NCBI RefSeq assembly: GCF_056746865.1
Contig: NZ_CM163382.1
Reading direction: 5' to 3' (one strand)
DNA: 64,000 bases
The notes below the pieces were generated by a model that was not told the origin of the DNA, made no database searches, and saw nothing but the letters and a program-made list of their open reading frames with translations. A program made the position numbers and the translations under genes. Shown here one piece after another: positions 11,203 to 22,450 of this stretch; the stretch's first letter is position 1; each line of letters begins with the position of its first letter.

Positions 11203-12108
11203 CTATATTTCCAGACACCTGTTATCACTTAACCCATTACTGGCCCGCTGCCGTAGATATTCCCGTGGCGAGCGATAACCCAGTGCACTATGCGGATGCC
11301 ATTCGTTATAATGCTCGAACGCCTCTGCAAGGTTCTTTGCTGCCGTTAACCCGTCTGGTTTAGGCATGATACTGATGTAGTCACGCTTTATCGTTTTCAC
11401 GAAGCTCTCTGCTATGCCGTTACTCTCCGGACTCCGCACCGCCGTGTTCTTCGGTTCAAGCCCCAACATCCGGGCAAACTGCCGTGTTTCATTAGCCCGG
11501 TAGCATGAACCATTATCCGTCAGCCACTCTACTGGAGACGCCGGAAGCTCGTTGCCGAAGCGGCGTTCCACCGCTCCCAGCATTACGTCCTGTACTGTTT
11601 CACTGTCGAAGCCGCCCGTAGTGACTGCCCAGTGCAGTGCCTCACGGTCACAGCAGTCCAGCGCGAACGTGACTCGCAGTTTTTCTCCGTTATCACAGCG
11701 GAACTCGAACCCGTCAGAGCACCATCGTTGATTGCTTTCTTTCACGGCCACTTTGCCAGTATGTGCCCGTTTCGATGGCGGTACAGCGGTTTTTCGCTCA
11801 AGCAACAGCGCATTCTGGCGCATGATCCGGTAAACACGTTTGGCATTGATCGCAGGCATACCATCAAGTTCGGCCTGTCTGCGAAGCAGCGCCCATACCC
11901 GACGATAACCATACGTGGGCAGCTCTCCGATAACATGGTGTATACGGAGAAGCACATCCGTATCATCTGAGTGACGGCTGCGGCGACCATCTTTCCAGTC
12001 ATCGGTTCGTCTGAGAATGACGTGCAACTGCGCACGCGACACCCGGAGACAACGGCTGACTAAGCTTACTCCCCATCCCCGGGCAATAAGGGCGCGTGCG
12101 CTATCCAC
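11203..12108 (-). CDS. insD: IS2 transposase OrfB (InsD), 301 aa
   Basis: The translation [38 protein letters not shown]... matches IS2 InsD. Confidence 0.95.
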
Positions 12109-12431
12109 TTTTTTGCACGCCCGTATTCAACGGCTTCTTTAAGGAGTTCATTTTCCATCGTTTTTTTGCCGAGCAGGCGCTGGAGTTCTTTAATCTGCTT
12201 CATGGCAGCAGCAAGTTCAGAGGCAGGAACGACCTGCTCTCCTGCGGCCACAGCAGTAAGACTTCCCTCCTGGTATTGCTTGCGCCAGAGAAATAACTGG
12301 CTGGCTGCCACACCGTGTTGCCGGGCAACAAGGGAGACCGTCATTCCCGGTTCAAAACTCTGCTGAACAATAGCGATCTTTTCCTGTGTAGTACGCCGTC
12401 TGCGTTTCTCCGGTCCTAAGACATCAATCAT
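12066..12431 (-). CDS. insC: IS2 OrfA (InsC), 121 aa
   Basis: [56 protein letters not shown]... The gene overlaps insD, the usual arrangement for -1 frameshifting. Confidence 0.95.
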
Positions 12432-13739
12432 CTGCTCTCCAATGACTAGTCTAAAAACTAGTATTAAGACTATCACTTATTTAAGTGATATTGGTTGTCT
12501 GGAGATTCAGGGGGCCAGTCTAATTATAGGCACTTGCCATATGTAATATTGAGGTGTCAGGAGTTATTGCGATATAAGCATCTTTTATGATTGCTGCTGA
12601 ACGTTTAATCGAGGGTGATAAGGATAAACGGTAGACATTATTATAACAATCCACTAATACCCTGGCTTTATCTTCCCCTTTTGGTCCATGAACGATCACT
12701 ATTGGTATATCTGTTTCACTTTGAATTTTTGCTATTAGATTTTCTGCAATCGATAATGAAAATGTACGTTCCTGCGAGCTACCTTCTAAATTAAGCGCAA
12801 TGTAAGATCCTAACGATCGCATTTCCTCGCGCACCTCATCGAGTACATCCTCACTTAGTGGCAATTCATATATTGGCCTGACTGCTGGAAAACCCGCCTC
12901 ACGCATCATAAATGCCCATGTCATGGGTACAGGAGCCCGGAGATTCTGATCCATCCGGGACGCGTTCTTGCACAAAGGGGAGTAGCACTTCATGGTTAAA
13001 CCAACAACCTGAAAATTCGTTTTTGCTTTTAACTGACTGATAAATATCATCGTTTTCAGGTTCTTTTTACGCATCGCCTCTATACAAAGATCCGGCGTAC
13101 CGTATTGCTGTGTTATGTTCTTTGCTAAATCTTTTATTTCTTTTAATGTTGCGTGATCCTGCATAGTCATTGTGACTAATGTTAATTTAGTCTTTTCAAG
13201 TTTAAGTGCATTAAACACTTCTAAATTAATTGTCGACGTAACAATTAAAAGATGCTTAATTTTATGCAATTCAAGCGCCCGAATAACAGGAAAGATGGCC
13301 ATAGCATCGCCAATCTGGTCGGGAATATGGATAACAACAAACTCTGTTTTTTCAATATTAAAATTATAAGCTTTATAATCGTAGTAACTAAATGCAATAC
13401 GTCTCAACAATGATGCTAAAAACATACCTAACCTCGCCTCCCTACTGGTTATAATGCATTGCAGTCTATCAGACTCATCATGGCGCAATTTTGTGCATAT
13501 GCGGACTTTTATGTTTCATATCTCGAACCTGTGGGTCCTCTGCTTAATCCTTAAACAACACCAGCAACTCCTGCGCTTTCATCTTCCAGCGAATTTTTCA
13601 TGTTGCCGTTAATCGGCCATAAAATCATTTGCAGATGCGCTCTGTCGAGGTAGTCTCATAAGGTTCGTTTATAGATCGACGGCAATGTGAGTTACCTTTT
13701 CCATACTAATTATAAAAAGACAGTACAAACAGGATCATT

Positions 13740-15056
13740 ATGGACTCCACGCTCATCTCCACTCGTCCCGATGAAGGGACGCTTTCGTTAAGTCGCGCCC
13801 GACGAGCTGCGTTAGGCAGTTTCGCTGGTGCCGTCGTCGACTGGTATGATTTTTTACTCTATGGCATTACCGCCGCACTGGTGTTTAATCGCGAGTTTTT
13901 CCCGCAAGTAAGCCCGGCGATGGGAACGCTCGCCGCATTTGCCACCTTTGGCGTCGGATTCCTTTTCCGTCCGCTCGGCGGTGTCATTTTCGGTCACTTT
14001 GGCGACCGACTGGGACGTAAGCGCATGTTAATGCTGACCGTCTGGATGATGGGCATCGCGACAGCCTTGATTGGTATTCTTCCTTCCTTCTCGACCATTG
14101 GGTGGTGGGCACCTATTTTACTGGTGACGCTGCGTGCCATTCAGGGATTTGCCGTCGGCGGCGAATGGGGAGGCGCGGCGTTGCTTTCCGTTGAAAGTGC
14201 ACCGAAAAATAAAAAAGCCTTTTACAGTAGCGGTGTACAAGTTGGCTACGGTGTAGGTTTACTGCTTTCAACCGGACTGGTTTCATTGATCAGTATGATG
14301 ACGACTGACGAACAGTTTTTAAGCTGGGGCTGGCGCATTCCTTTCCTGTTTAGCATCGTACTGGTACTGGGAGCATTGTGGGTGCGCAATGGCATGGAGG
14401 AGTCCGCGGAATTTGAACAACAGCAACATTATCAAGCTGCCGCGAAAAAACGCATCCCGGTTATCGAAGCGCTGTTACGACATCCCGGTGCTTTCCTGAA
14501 GATTATTGCGCTACGACTGTGCGAATTGCTGACGATGTACATCGTTACTGCCTACGCACTTAATTATTCAACCCAGAATATGGGGTTACCGCGCGAACTT
14601 TTCCTCAATATTGGTTTGCTGGTAGGTGGATTAAGCTGCCTGACAATTCCCTGTTTTGCCTGGCTTGCCGATCGTTTTGGTCGCCGCAGGGTTTATATCA
14701 CAGGCGCGTTAATCGGAACGTTGAGCGCATTTCCTTTCTTTATGGCGCTTGAAGCACAATCTATTTTCTGGATAGTTTTCTTCTCCATAATGCTGGCAAA
14801 CATTGCGCATGACATGGTGGTGTGTGTGCAACAACCGATGTTTACCGAAATGTTTGGTGCCAGTTATCGCTATAGTGGCGTTGGAGTCGGTTATCAGGTT
14901 GCCAGTGTGGTTGGCGGTGGATTTACACCTTTTATTGCCGCTGCACTCATCACTTACTTTGCCGGGAACTGGCATAGCGTCGCCATTTATTTGCTGGCTG
15001 GATGCCTGATTTCCGCAATGACCGCTTTGTTGATGAAAGACAGTCAACGCGCTTGA
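13740..15056 (+). CDS. shiA: Shikimate:H+ symporter (MFS), 438 aa
   Basis: 12-TM MFS protein starting MDSTLISTRPDEGTLSLSRARRAALGSFAG. K-12 synteny yeeL-shiA-amn. Confidence 0.9.
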   Translation: MDSTLISTRPDEGTLSLSRARRAALGSFAGAVVDWYDFLLYGITAALVFNREFFPQVSPAMGTLAAFATFGVGFLFRPLGGVIFGHFGDRLGRKRMLMLTVWMMGIATALIGILPSFSTIGWWAPILLVTLRAIQGFAVGGEWGGAALLSVESAPKNKKAFYSSGVQVGYGVGLLLSTGLVSLISMMTTDEQFLSWGWRIPFLFSIVLVLGALWVRNGMEESAEFEQQQHYQAAAKKRIPVIEALLRHPGAFLKIIALRLCELLTMYIVTAYALNYSTQNMGLPRELFLNIGLLVGGLSCLTIPCFAWLADRFGRRRVYITGALIGTLSAFPFFMALEAQSIFWIVFFSIMLANIAHDMVVCVQQPMFTEMFGASYRYSGVGVGYQVASVVGGGFTPFIAAALITYFAGNWHSVAIYLLAGCLISAMTALLMKDSQRA

Positions 15057-15157
15057 TAGCCTGGCGAAGATCATCCGATCTTCGCCTTACACTTTTGTTT
15101 CACATTTCTGTGACATACTATCGGATGTGCGGTAATTGTATGGAACAGGAGACACAC

Positions 15158-16612
15158 ATGAATAATAAGGGCTCCGGTCTGACCCCAGCTCAGGCACTGG
15201 ATAAACTCGACGCGCTGTATGAGCAATCTGTAGTCGCATTACGCAACGCCATTGGCAACTATATTACAAGTGGCGAATTACCTGATGAAAACGCCCGCAA
15301 ACAAGGTCTTTTTGTCTATCCATCACTGACCGTAACCTGGGACGGTAGCACAACCAATCCCCCCAAAACGCGCGCATTTGGTCGCTTTACCCACGCAGGC
15401 AGCTACACCACCACGATTACTCGCCCTACTCTCTTTCGTTCGTATCTTAATGAACAACTTACGTTGCTGTATCAGGATTATGGTGCGCATATCTCAGTGC
15501 AACCCTCGCAGCATGAAATCCCTTATCCTTATGTCATCGATGGCTCTGAATTGACACTTGATCGCTCAATGAGCGCTGGGTTAACTCGCTACTTCCCGAC
15601 AACAGAACTGGCGCAAATTGGCGATGAAACTGCAGACGGCATTTATCATCCAACTGAATTCTCCCCGCTATCGCATTTTGATGCGCGCCGCGTCGATTTT
15701 TCCCTCGCACGGTTGCGCCATTATACCGGTACGCCAGTTGAACATTTTCAGCCGTTCGTCTTGTTTACCAACTACACACGTTATGTGGATGAATTCGTTC
15801 GTTGGGGATGCAGCCAGATCCTCGATCCTGATAGTCCCTACATTGCCCTTTCTTGTGCTGGCGGGAACTGGATCACCGCCGAAACCGAAGCGCCAGAAGA
15901 AGCCATTTCCGACCTTGCATGGAAAAAACATCAGATGCCAGCATGGCATTTAATTACCGCCGATGGTCAGGGTATTACTCTGGTGAATATTGGCGTGGGA
16001 CCATCCAATGCTAAAACCATCTGCGATCATCTGGCAGTGCTACGCCCGGATGTCTGGTTGATGATTGGTCACTGTGGCGGATTACGTGAAAGTCAGGCCA
16101 TTGGCGATTATGTACTTGCACACGCTTATTTACGCGATGACCACGTTCTTGATGCGGTTCTGCCGCCCGATATTCCTATTCCGAGCATTGCTGAAGTGCA
16201 ACGTGCGCTTTATGACGCCACCAAGCTGGTGAGTGGCAGGCCCGGTGAGGAAGTCAAACAGCGGCTACGTACAGGTACTGTGGTAACCACAGATGACAGG
16301 AACTGGGAATTACGTTACTCAGCTTCTGCACTTCGTTTTAACTTAAGCCGGGCCGTAGCAATTGATATGGAAAGTGCAACCATTGCCGCGCAAGGATATC
16401 GTTTCCGCGTGCCATACGGGACACTACTGTGTGTTTCAGATAAACCGTTGCATGGCGAGATTAAACTTCCCGGTCAGGCTAACCGTTTTTATGAAGGTGC
16501 TATTTCCGAACACCTGCAAATTGGCATTCGGGCGATCGATTTGCTGCGCGCAGAAGGCGACCGACTGCATTCGCGTAAATTACGAACCTTTAATGAGCCG
16601 CCGTTCCGATAA
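15158..16612 (+). CDS. amn: AMP nucleosidase, 484 aa
   Basis: The Met at 15158 gives MNNKGSGLTPAQALDKLDALYEQSVVALRNAIGNY. The 52 upstream codons of the ORF overlap the shiA end and are not supported. Confidence 0.9.
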   Translation: MNNKGSGLTPAQALDKLDALYEQSVVALRNAIGNYITSGELPDENARKQGLFVYPSLTVTWDGSTTNPPKTRAFGRFTHAGSYTTTITRPTLFRSYLNEQLTLLYQDYGAHISVQPSQHEIPYPYVIDGSELTLDRSMSAGLTRYFPTTELAQIGDETADGIYHPTEFSPLSHFDARRVDFSLARLRHYTGTPVEHFQPFVLFTNYTRYVDEFVRWGCSQILDPDSPYIALSCAGGNWITAETEAPEEAISDLAWKKHQMPAWHLITADGQGITLVNIGVGPSNAKTICDHLAVLRPDVWLMIGHCGGLRESQAIGDYVLAHAYLRDDHVLDAVLPPDIPIPSIAEVQRALYDATKLVSGRPGEEVKQRLRTGTVVTTDDRNWELRYSASALRFNLSRAVAIDMESATIAAQGYRFRVPYGTLLCVSDKPLHGEIKLPGQANRFYEGAISEHLQIGIRAIDLLRAEGDRLHSRKLRTFNEPPFR

Positions 16613-16954
16613 TAAGTTCTGAACCTTCTCATCAGAAATAGATGTGAAGGATTAAGTAAGACATCTGGCAAATAGCCTGCAATCAACGCGGGCTGTTTGC
16701 TTCCTTGGGCAGATGCGAGTTTCATTATCGTCTTAATGATTTCCGCATATTAAAAGCATGTATGCTTTCAAAATATAATTATAAAAAATCCCGCCAACAA
16801 CATTAGTTTTTATAAAACAAAATATAAGATTATGGCTTTAGAATATTTTTATTTCTAATAGACGAGATTTTTCCTGTTATGATATAATATGCTGATTTAA
16901 CACATGTTAACGATTTACCAGTAATGTAAATAAATTTTCGAGGAGATCATTCCA

Positions 16955-17671
16955 GTGGGACGTAAATGGGCCAATATTGTTGCTAAAAAAACGGCTAAAG
17001 ACGGTGCAACGTCTAAAATTTATGCAAAATTCGGTGTAGAAATCTATGCTGCTGCTAAACAAGGTGAACCCGATCCAGAATTAAACACATCTTTAAAATT
17101 CGTTATTGAACGTGCAAAGCAGGCACAAGTTCCAAAGCACGTTATTGATAAAGCAATTGATAAAGCCAAAGGCGGCGGAGATGAAACGTTCGTGCAGGGC
17201 CGTTATGAAGGCTTTGGTCCTAATGGCTCAATGATTATCGCCGAGACATTGACTTCAAATGTTAACCGTACGATTGCTAACGTTCGCACAATTTTCAATA
17301 AAAAAGGCGGCAATATCGGAGCGGCAGGTTCTGTCAGCTATATGTTTGACAATACGGGTGTGATTGTATTTAAAGGATCAGACCCTGACCATATTTTTGA
17401 AATTTTACTTGAAGCTGAAGTTGATGTTCGTGATGTGACTGAAGAAGAAGGTAACATTGCTATTTATACCGAACCTACTGACCTTCATAAAGGAATCGCG
17501 GCTCTAAAAGCAGCTGGAATCACTGAGTTCTCAACAACAGAATTAGAAATGATTGCGCAATCTGAAGTTGAGCTTTCCCCAGAAGATTTAGAAATCTTTG
17601 AAGGGCTTGTTGATGCCCTTGAAGATGACGACGATGTACAAAAAGTTTATCATAACGTCGCAAATCTCTAA
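16955..17671 (+). CDS. yeeN: YebC/PmpR-family probable transcriptional regulator, 238 aa (GTG start)
   Basis: Starts [31 protein letters not shown]. An RBS GAGGAG lies upstream. Confidence 0.9.
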   Translation: MGRKWANIVAKKTAKDGATSKIYAKFGVEIYAAAKQGEPDPELNTSLKFVIERAKQAQVPKHVIDKAIDKAKGGGDETFVQGRYEGFGPNGSMIIAETLTSNVNRTIANVRTIFNKKGGNIGAAGSVSYMFDNTGVIVFKGSDPDHIFEILLEAEVDVRDVTEEEGNIAIYTEPTDLHKGIAALKAAGITEFSTTELEMIAQSEVELSPEDLEIFEGLVDALEDDDDVQKVYHNVANL

Positions 17672-18123
17672 TTATATTTTAAAGAAATCTGTCTTTACGG
17701 CAGATTTCTTTAATCTCATATAACCCTTATAAAAAATATAATGTTCAACTCGTCATATTGATTATAAAAAATCCCCGTTCCCAGAGAAATAATATTTATT
17801 AAAATTCCAGTTCTTCTTTTTCTGATTACAGAAGGCAAAGTGGCAATTACGCATAGTTTCCCGATAAAGACGCGATAGCGACATCCCGCATAAGGCATTT
17901 TTCTCTTTATCTTTGTACGGTACTTCATGGAACAGAGTTTTTGACCTTGCGAATCGTGATGTCTGTTGGGGGGCAACTTGCTCACTGAAGCGTGAGACTC
18001 GATTAAGCGCACGAAACACAGAAATCAAAAAAACCGGTCACTTTTTTACAAGGTAACCGGGTAAAAATAATTTTTATTTTTTAACTGTTTTGAGACTCAT
18101 AGAGATGTCTCAAAACTAAAATT

Positions 18124-18199
18124 TGGCTCCTCTGACTGGACTCGAACCAGTGACATACGGATTAACAGTCCGCCGTTCTACCGACTGAACTACAGAGGA
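18124..18199 (-). tRNA. asnW: tRNA-Asn (GUU)
   Basis: The reverse complement is identical to asnT. A promoter lies on the minus strand: TTGACA (18241-18246), 17-bp spacer, TAATAT (18218-18223). Confidence 0.97.
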
Positions 18200-18299
18200 A
18201 TCGTGAGAACGAGGCGAATATTAGCGATGCCCACCCACAATGTCAAAGCCTGTTTTTTAAATTTGAAATCGTTTGCTGAAATAATCTGCATTTTGTCGT

Positions 18300-19787
18300 T
18301 TATTCCGACACAACTGGCTTTTTTTCACACTTTTGCGGCTCGGGTCGAGGGTATTTCCATAGCCAACGTCCAGTAACCATTCGCCAGTAAAACAGCACGG
18401 CCCGCACAGCCCAGTCGGCAAACATTCCCATCCAGACACCAACCACACCCCAGCCAAGCATGATTCCCAGCACATAACCGACTACAACCCGACAACCCCA
18501 CATGCTCAACATCGAAACCCACATGGCGTAACGGGCATCACGAGCACCTTTAAATCCAGCGGGTAGCACCCATGAGGCGGACCAAATAGGCATAAATAAA
18601 GCATTTAGCCAAATCAGAATCACAACGACATGTTTAACCTGTGGATCCTGGGTGTAAAACGATGCCATAACCCCGGCAAAGGGAGCCGTTAGCCAGGCGA
18701 TGGCCGTTAATCCAAGAGTGGAAAGCCAGAACACATGCCGCAACTGAATCTCTGCTTGCGCTATCTGCCCTACCCCCAACCTTCGGCCTGTAATGATCGT
18801 AGAAGCAGAGCCGAGCGCACTTCCGGGTAAGTTGATAAGAGCCGCAATTGAAAACGCGATAAAATTTCCGGCAATAACACTGGTCCCCATCCCGGCAACG
18901 AACATTTGGGTTAATAACCGACCACTGGTAAATAACACTGATTCGACACTCGCGGGAATACCAATCCCCATGACTTCCCAGATAATGCTAAAATTCAGCG
19001 GTTTAAAATAGCTCTTTAACGAAATCCTTAGCGCAGGATTAAAACCAATCGCCAGCACCCACAAAATTGCAACTGCGCCAATATAACGAGAAATGGTTAA
19101 ACCCAGCCCTGCCCCGACAAATCCCAGTCCCGGCCAGGAGAAAAGGCCGTAAATCAATATGCCGCTAATAATAATATTAAGAATATTCAGGCTACCGTTA
19201 ATCAATAGCGGTATTTTCGTATTCCCTGCACCACGAAGTGCCCCGCTACCAATAAGAGTGATGGCAGCTGCTGGATAACTGAGTACCGTCAGCTCCAGAT
19301 AAGTCAACGCCAGTGCTTTAACTTCTGTCGTGGCATCACCCGCGACGAAATCAATAATTTGTTCGCCAAAATGATGAATAAGCGTTGCCAACAGTACGGC
19401 AAACAACGTCATGATCACCAATGACTGCCGCGTCGCCACCCTCGCTCGTCGTCGATCCCGCTTACCGAGACTAAATGCCACAACGACAGTAGTACCAAGA
19501 TCGATAGCAGCAAAAAAAGCCATAATGACCATATTGAAGCTGTCCGCCAATCCCACGCCGGCCATCGCATCTTTTCCCAGCCAGCTGACCAGAAAAGTGC
19601 TCAGAACCCCCATCAACAGGACACAGGCATTCTCCATGAAGATAGGAACAGCAAGCGGGGTTATCTCGCGCCAGAACAACACTTTGTAGCTCTTGCGTTT
19701 AGCGTGCCAGCGAGTGCCGTGAACAACCTGGCGTAAAGCAGAGGAGATATTCAAAGCCGACCTTAATTGCAGAAAGTGAAACCACAT
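18300..19787 (-). CDS. yeeO: MATE-family efflux transporter, 495 aa from the internal Met
   Basis: Multi-TM MATE protein. The ORF extends to 19943, but that extension runs into the asnU promoter region. Start MWFHFLQLRSALN chosen to match the 495-aa K-12 form as I recall it. Confidence 0.85.
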   Translation of the reverse strand: MWFHFLQLRSALNISSALRQVVHGTRWHAKRKSYKVLFWREITPLAVPIFMENACVLLMGVLSTFLVSWLGKDAMAGVGLADSFNMVIMAFFAAIDLGTTVVVAFSLGKRDRRRARVATRQSLVIMTLFAVLLATLIHHFGEQIIDFVAGDATTEVKALALTYLELTVLSYPAAAITLIGSGALRGAGNTKIPLLINGSLNILNIIISGILIYGLFSWPGLGFVGAGLGLTISRYIGAVAILWVLAIGFNPALRISLKSYFKPLNFSIIWEVMGIGIPASVESVLFTSGRLLTQMFVAGMGTSVIAGNFIAFSIAALINLPGSALGSASTIITGRRLGVGQIAQAEIQLRHVFWLSTLGLTAIAWLTAPFAGVMASFYTQDPQVKHVVVILIWLNALFMPIWSASWVLPAGFKGARDARYAMWVSMLSMWGCRVVVGYVLGIMLGWGVVGVWMGMFADWAVRAVLFYWRMVTGRWLWKYPRPEPQKCEKKPVVSE

Positions 19788-19947
19788 TTCAAATAATGAG
19801 GGAGAATCAGCAAAGCTGCAAAGATTTTCGCCAACAAATTGTCTGCAAATGCAACAAACTGTTGATAGAAACGGCAAACAGTTGGGGAATTTAAAAATCG
19901 GGTTTGACAAAAGATTTTTCGCCGTTAAGATGTGCCTCAACAACGAT

Positions 19948-20023
19948 TCCTCTGTAGTTCAGTCGGTAGAACGGCGGACTGTTAATCCGTATGTCACTGG
20001 TTCGAGTCCAGTCAGAGGAGCCA
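19948..20023 (+). tRNA. asnU: tRNA-Asn (GUU)
   Basis: Identical to asnT. Promoter TTGACA (19904-19909), 16-bp spacer, TAAGAT (19926-19931). A hairpin with T-run lies at about 20033-20059. Confidence 0.97.
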
Positions 20024-20060
20024 AATTCCTGAAAAGCCCGCTTTTATAGCGGGATTTTTG

Positions 20061-21011
20061 CTATATCTGATAATCAATTTCCTCTTCACTGCTTTCCATC
20101 ACCTGCCGCTTGATATCCTCAACTGACAGTCCTGCATTACAAAGTTCCAGAAAGCGCCAGACATAGTTACGCTGAAGTTGTCCTCGCTTCAGTCCCAACC
20201 AGACAGTATTAGCATCAAAAAGATGCCGCGTATCCAGGCGGATTAAATTCTCTTCCTCTTGTTCGCCACTGGATTGCTCGGCAACTAATCCGATCCCAAG
20301 CCCAAGAGCAACATAGGTTTTAATGACATCAGAATCCTGCGCACTTAATACAATATCTGCCAGCAAACCTTTGCGGGCAAATGCGTCATCAATACGTGAG
20401 CGCCCCGTAATCCCCTGTCGGTAAGTGATTAACGGCCACTTCGCTATTGATTCCAGCGTCAATGGTGAAATTTGCGTCAAGGGATGATCGTGTGGAACAA
20501 GCAAACTATGGTGCCAACGAAACCACGGGAAGGCGACGAGCTGCGGGTCATTACTCAAACGCTCGCTGGCGATACCAATATCAGCTTCGCCATTTTGCAA
20601 CAATGTCGCAATTTCCTGTGGCGTCCCCTGGATTAGCTCGAGCCGAACCTCCGGGAAAAGTTCGCGAAAAGCTTTAATGACCTCTGGCAAGCTATAACGT
20701 GCCTGAGTATGCGTCGTTGCAATAGTGAGAACGCCAGACGTATCGTTGGTAAACAGGTCTGCAAGCCGACGAACATTACTGGCTTCATTCAGAATACGTT
20801 CTGCAATGACCAGTAATGCTTTGCCCGGTTCAGTCATGCCCAGCAGTCGCTTACCTCGTCGAACAAATATTTCGATGCCAAGTTCATCCTCCAGTTCCCG
20901 AATATGACGGCTGACGCCTGACTGTGAGGTAAAAAGCATATTCGCAACCTCTGTCAGGTTGTAATCCTGACGTGCAGCCTCGCGGATTATCTTTAGTTGT
21001 TGGAAATTCAC
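20061..21011 (-). CDS. cbl: LysR-type regulator of sulfonate-sulfur utilisation, 316 aa
   Basis: Starts MNFQQLKIIREAARQDYNLTEVANMLFTSQSGVSRHIRELEDELG (CysB-like). Adjacent to nac. Confidence 0.9.
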   Translation of the reverse strand: MNFQQLKIIREAARQDYNLTEVANMLFTSQSGVSRHIRELEDELGIEIFVRRGKRLLGMTEPGKALLVIAERILNEASNVRRLADLFTNDTSGVLTIATTHTQARYSLPEVIKAFRELFPEVRLELIQGTPQEIATLLQNGEADIGIASERLSNDPQLVAFPWFRWHHSLLVPHDHPLTQISPLTLESIAKWPLITYRQGITGRSRIDDAFARKGLLADIVLSAQDSDVIKTYVALGLGIGLVAEQSSGEQEEENLIRLDTRHLFDANTVWLGLKRGQLQRNYVWRFLELCNAGLSVEDIKRQVMESSEEEIDYQI

Positions 21012-21112
21012 GGTAAACTCCGGGCAGTTCAGATTTCCCGTTATTGTTAAAGTCTAATGCCCGGCATAACAAATAATAAAAACCCGCATCTTATTCCATC
21101 CCGATATAACAC

Positions 21113-22030
21113 TTAGCTCACCAATTGCCACTGCCTTTTTTCCATCACTGGAGAACTAATCACTGACATTAACAACTCTTTCACTGCCTGTGCCTGTGGC
21201 GATAAGTTCGCTCTGGCGGGTAAATTTAATGACAAAGAGAGACTCATGGAAGGAGTGGTAATGCGTGACATCCACCCATTTACTGCGCCACATAACGAAC
21301 GCGCGGCCGATTCGGGTAATACTGCAACGCCCATGCCGCTGGCAATCGCTGCGGTAAGCGTGGCAATAGACTCAATTTCACCAATAACTTTTGCCGTGAG
21401 TCGCCGTAGGGAAAAAGCCTCATCAACACGAAGTCTAATAGCACTGTAATCACTGGGGAGAAAGAGGTTCATTTGCGCAATAGCATTCACATCAACGCTT
21501 TGCCCCGGGCAATCTTGAGTTCCTACCAGAAAAAGATCTTCTTTCAGCAAAGCCTGACTGGATACACCAGCCACAGGGGAATGCTCATAAATCACCGCCA
21601 TATCGAGTTGGTGATTTATCAATTTTTCGTTAAGCACTGCACCACTATTTTCATGAAGATAGATAACGATCTCCGGAAATTCAGCGCGAACCGCCTGTAA
21701 TAAGGGCATGGTGATGGATGACGCAGCGGTTCCTGGTGCAAAGCCAATCGAGACTTGCCCCGATAATGCCTGACCAACGTTATGCACCGCCAGTTGGGCC
21801 TGTTCACACTGACGTAAAATGGCCCGCGCATGGGTATAGAGAATTTTTCCGGCGTCTGTTGGTGTAACGCCCCGCTTTGTACGGATCAAAAGTTGTTGAT
21901 TTAACTCACCTTCCAGTGTGGCAACCTGCTGGCTGAGCGCTGGTTGTGCGATATGCAATACTTCAGCAGCCTGGGTCAGGCTACCAATATCTACAATTTT
22001 TACGAAGTATTTCAGGCGTCTGAAGTTCAT
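21113..22030 (-). CDS. nac: Nitrogen assimilation control LysR-type regulator, 305 aa
   Basis: The Met at 22030 gives MNFRRLKYFVKIVDIGSLTQAAEVLHIAQPALSQQVATLEGE. Confidence 0.9.
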   Translation of the reverse strand: MNFRRLKYFVKIVDIGSLTQAAEVLHIAQPALSQQVATLEGELNQQLLIRTKRGVTPTDAGKILYTHARAILRQCEQAQLAVHNVGQALSGQVSIGFAPGTAASSITMPLLQAVRAEFPEIVIYLHENSGAVLNEKLINHQLDMAVIYEHSPVAGVSSQALLKEDLFLVGTQDCPGQSVDVNAIAQMNLFLPSDYSAIRLRVDEAFSLRRLTAKVIGEIESIATLTAAIASGMGVAVLPESAARSLCGAVNGWMSRITTPSMSLSLSLNLPARANLSPQAQAVKELLMSVISSPVMEKRQWQLVS

Positions 22031-22309
22031 GTTGCCTCCGGTTTTTAAGAATCGGCCCAAGTGCCGCCATTACTTACAACCAGATTGCAAGATGCTTGCC
22101 AGTTTTATTTTGGTGTTGATGTACAAGCTAACCAACTGTCAAATAAGAGATTATGATAGATTCGTCATTGGCTCTTTTTATCTGCAGTCGCATTCACCTG
22201 CCCTATAAAAGGAGGGTATGCACCACGATGGTTCATTACCCAATAAGATTGAAAGCTCACCACTTTGTTGAAATTGGCAGCAAACAAACAAAAAAATGCA
22301 TTTCACCCT

Positions 22310-22338
22310 TTGACATCACCATGCACTGCCATTAATAT
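22310..22338 (+). promoter_or_regulatory. asnV promoter
   Basis: TTGACA (22310-22315), 17-bp spacer, TAATAT (22333-22338). The following GCGCCCCGTTCACACGA leader is identical to asnT. Confidence 0.6.
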
Positions 22339-22366
22339 GCGCCCCGTTCACACGATTCCTCTGTAG

Positions 22367-22442
22367 TTCAGTCGGTAGAACGGCGGACTGTTAATCCGTA
22401 TGTCACTGGTTCGAGTCCAGTCAGAGGAGCCAAATTCAAAAA
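22367..22442 (+). tRNA. asnV: tRNA-Asn (GUU)
   Basis: Identical to asnT. Confidence 0.97.
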
Positions 22443-22450
22443 AGCCTGCT

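Larger units (their letters stand above)
11192..12522 (-). mobile_element. Complete IS2 (1331 bp) with a 5-bp target duplication ATTAT
   Basis: The ends are TGGATTTGCCCCTATATTTCCAGACACC (11192 onward) and ...GGGGCCAGTCTA (ending 12522). ATTAT is present at 11187-11191 and 12523-12527. The element contains insC and insD. Confidence 0.95.
11037..13488 (-). pseudogene. yeeL: Glycosyltransferase family 9 (heptosyltransferase-like) gene split by the IS2 insertion
   Basis: The 5' part (12523-13488) ends ...DTSILHMASAYN at the IS2 junction. The 3' part (11037-11191) continues NTPVVAIYADYKTRWPA...KSVLARI*. Together these restore the GT9 C-terminal motif across the ATTAT duplication. Confidence 0.75.

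Noticed and set aside
15002-15157. N-terminal 52-codon extension of the amn ORF.
   Set aside because: It overlaps the end of shiA. The Met at 15158 reproduces the known 484-aa AMP nucleosidase start.
17716-18028. Two overlapping minus-strand ORFs in the AT-rich yeeN-asnW spacer.
   Set aside because: The region is AT-rich and low-complexity. The two overlap each other in different frames, have no RBS, and lie in a core-genome spacer not known to me to encode protein.
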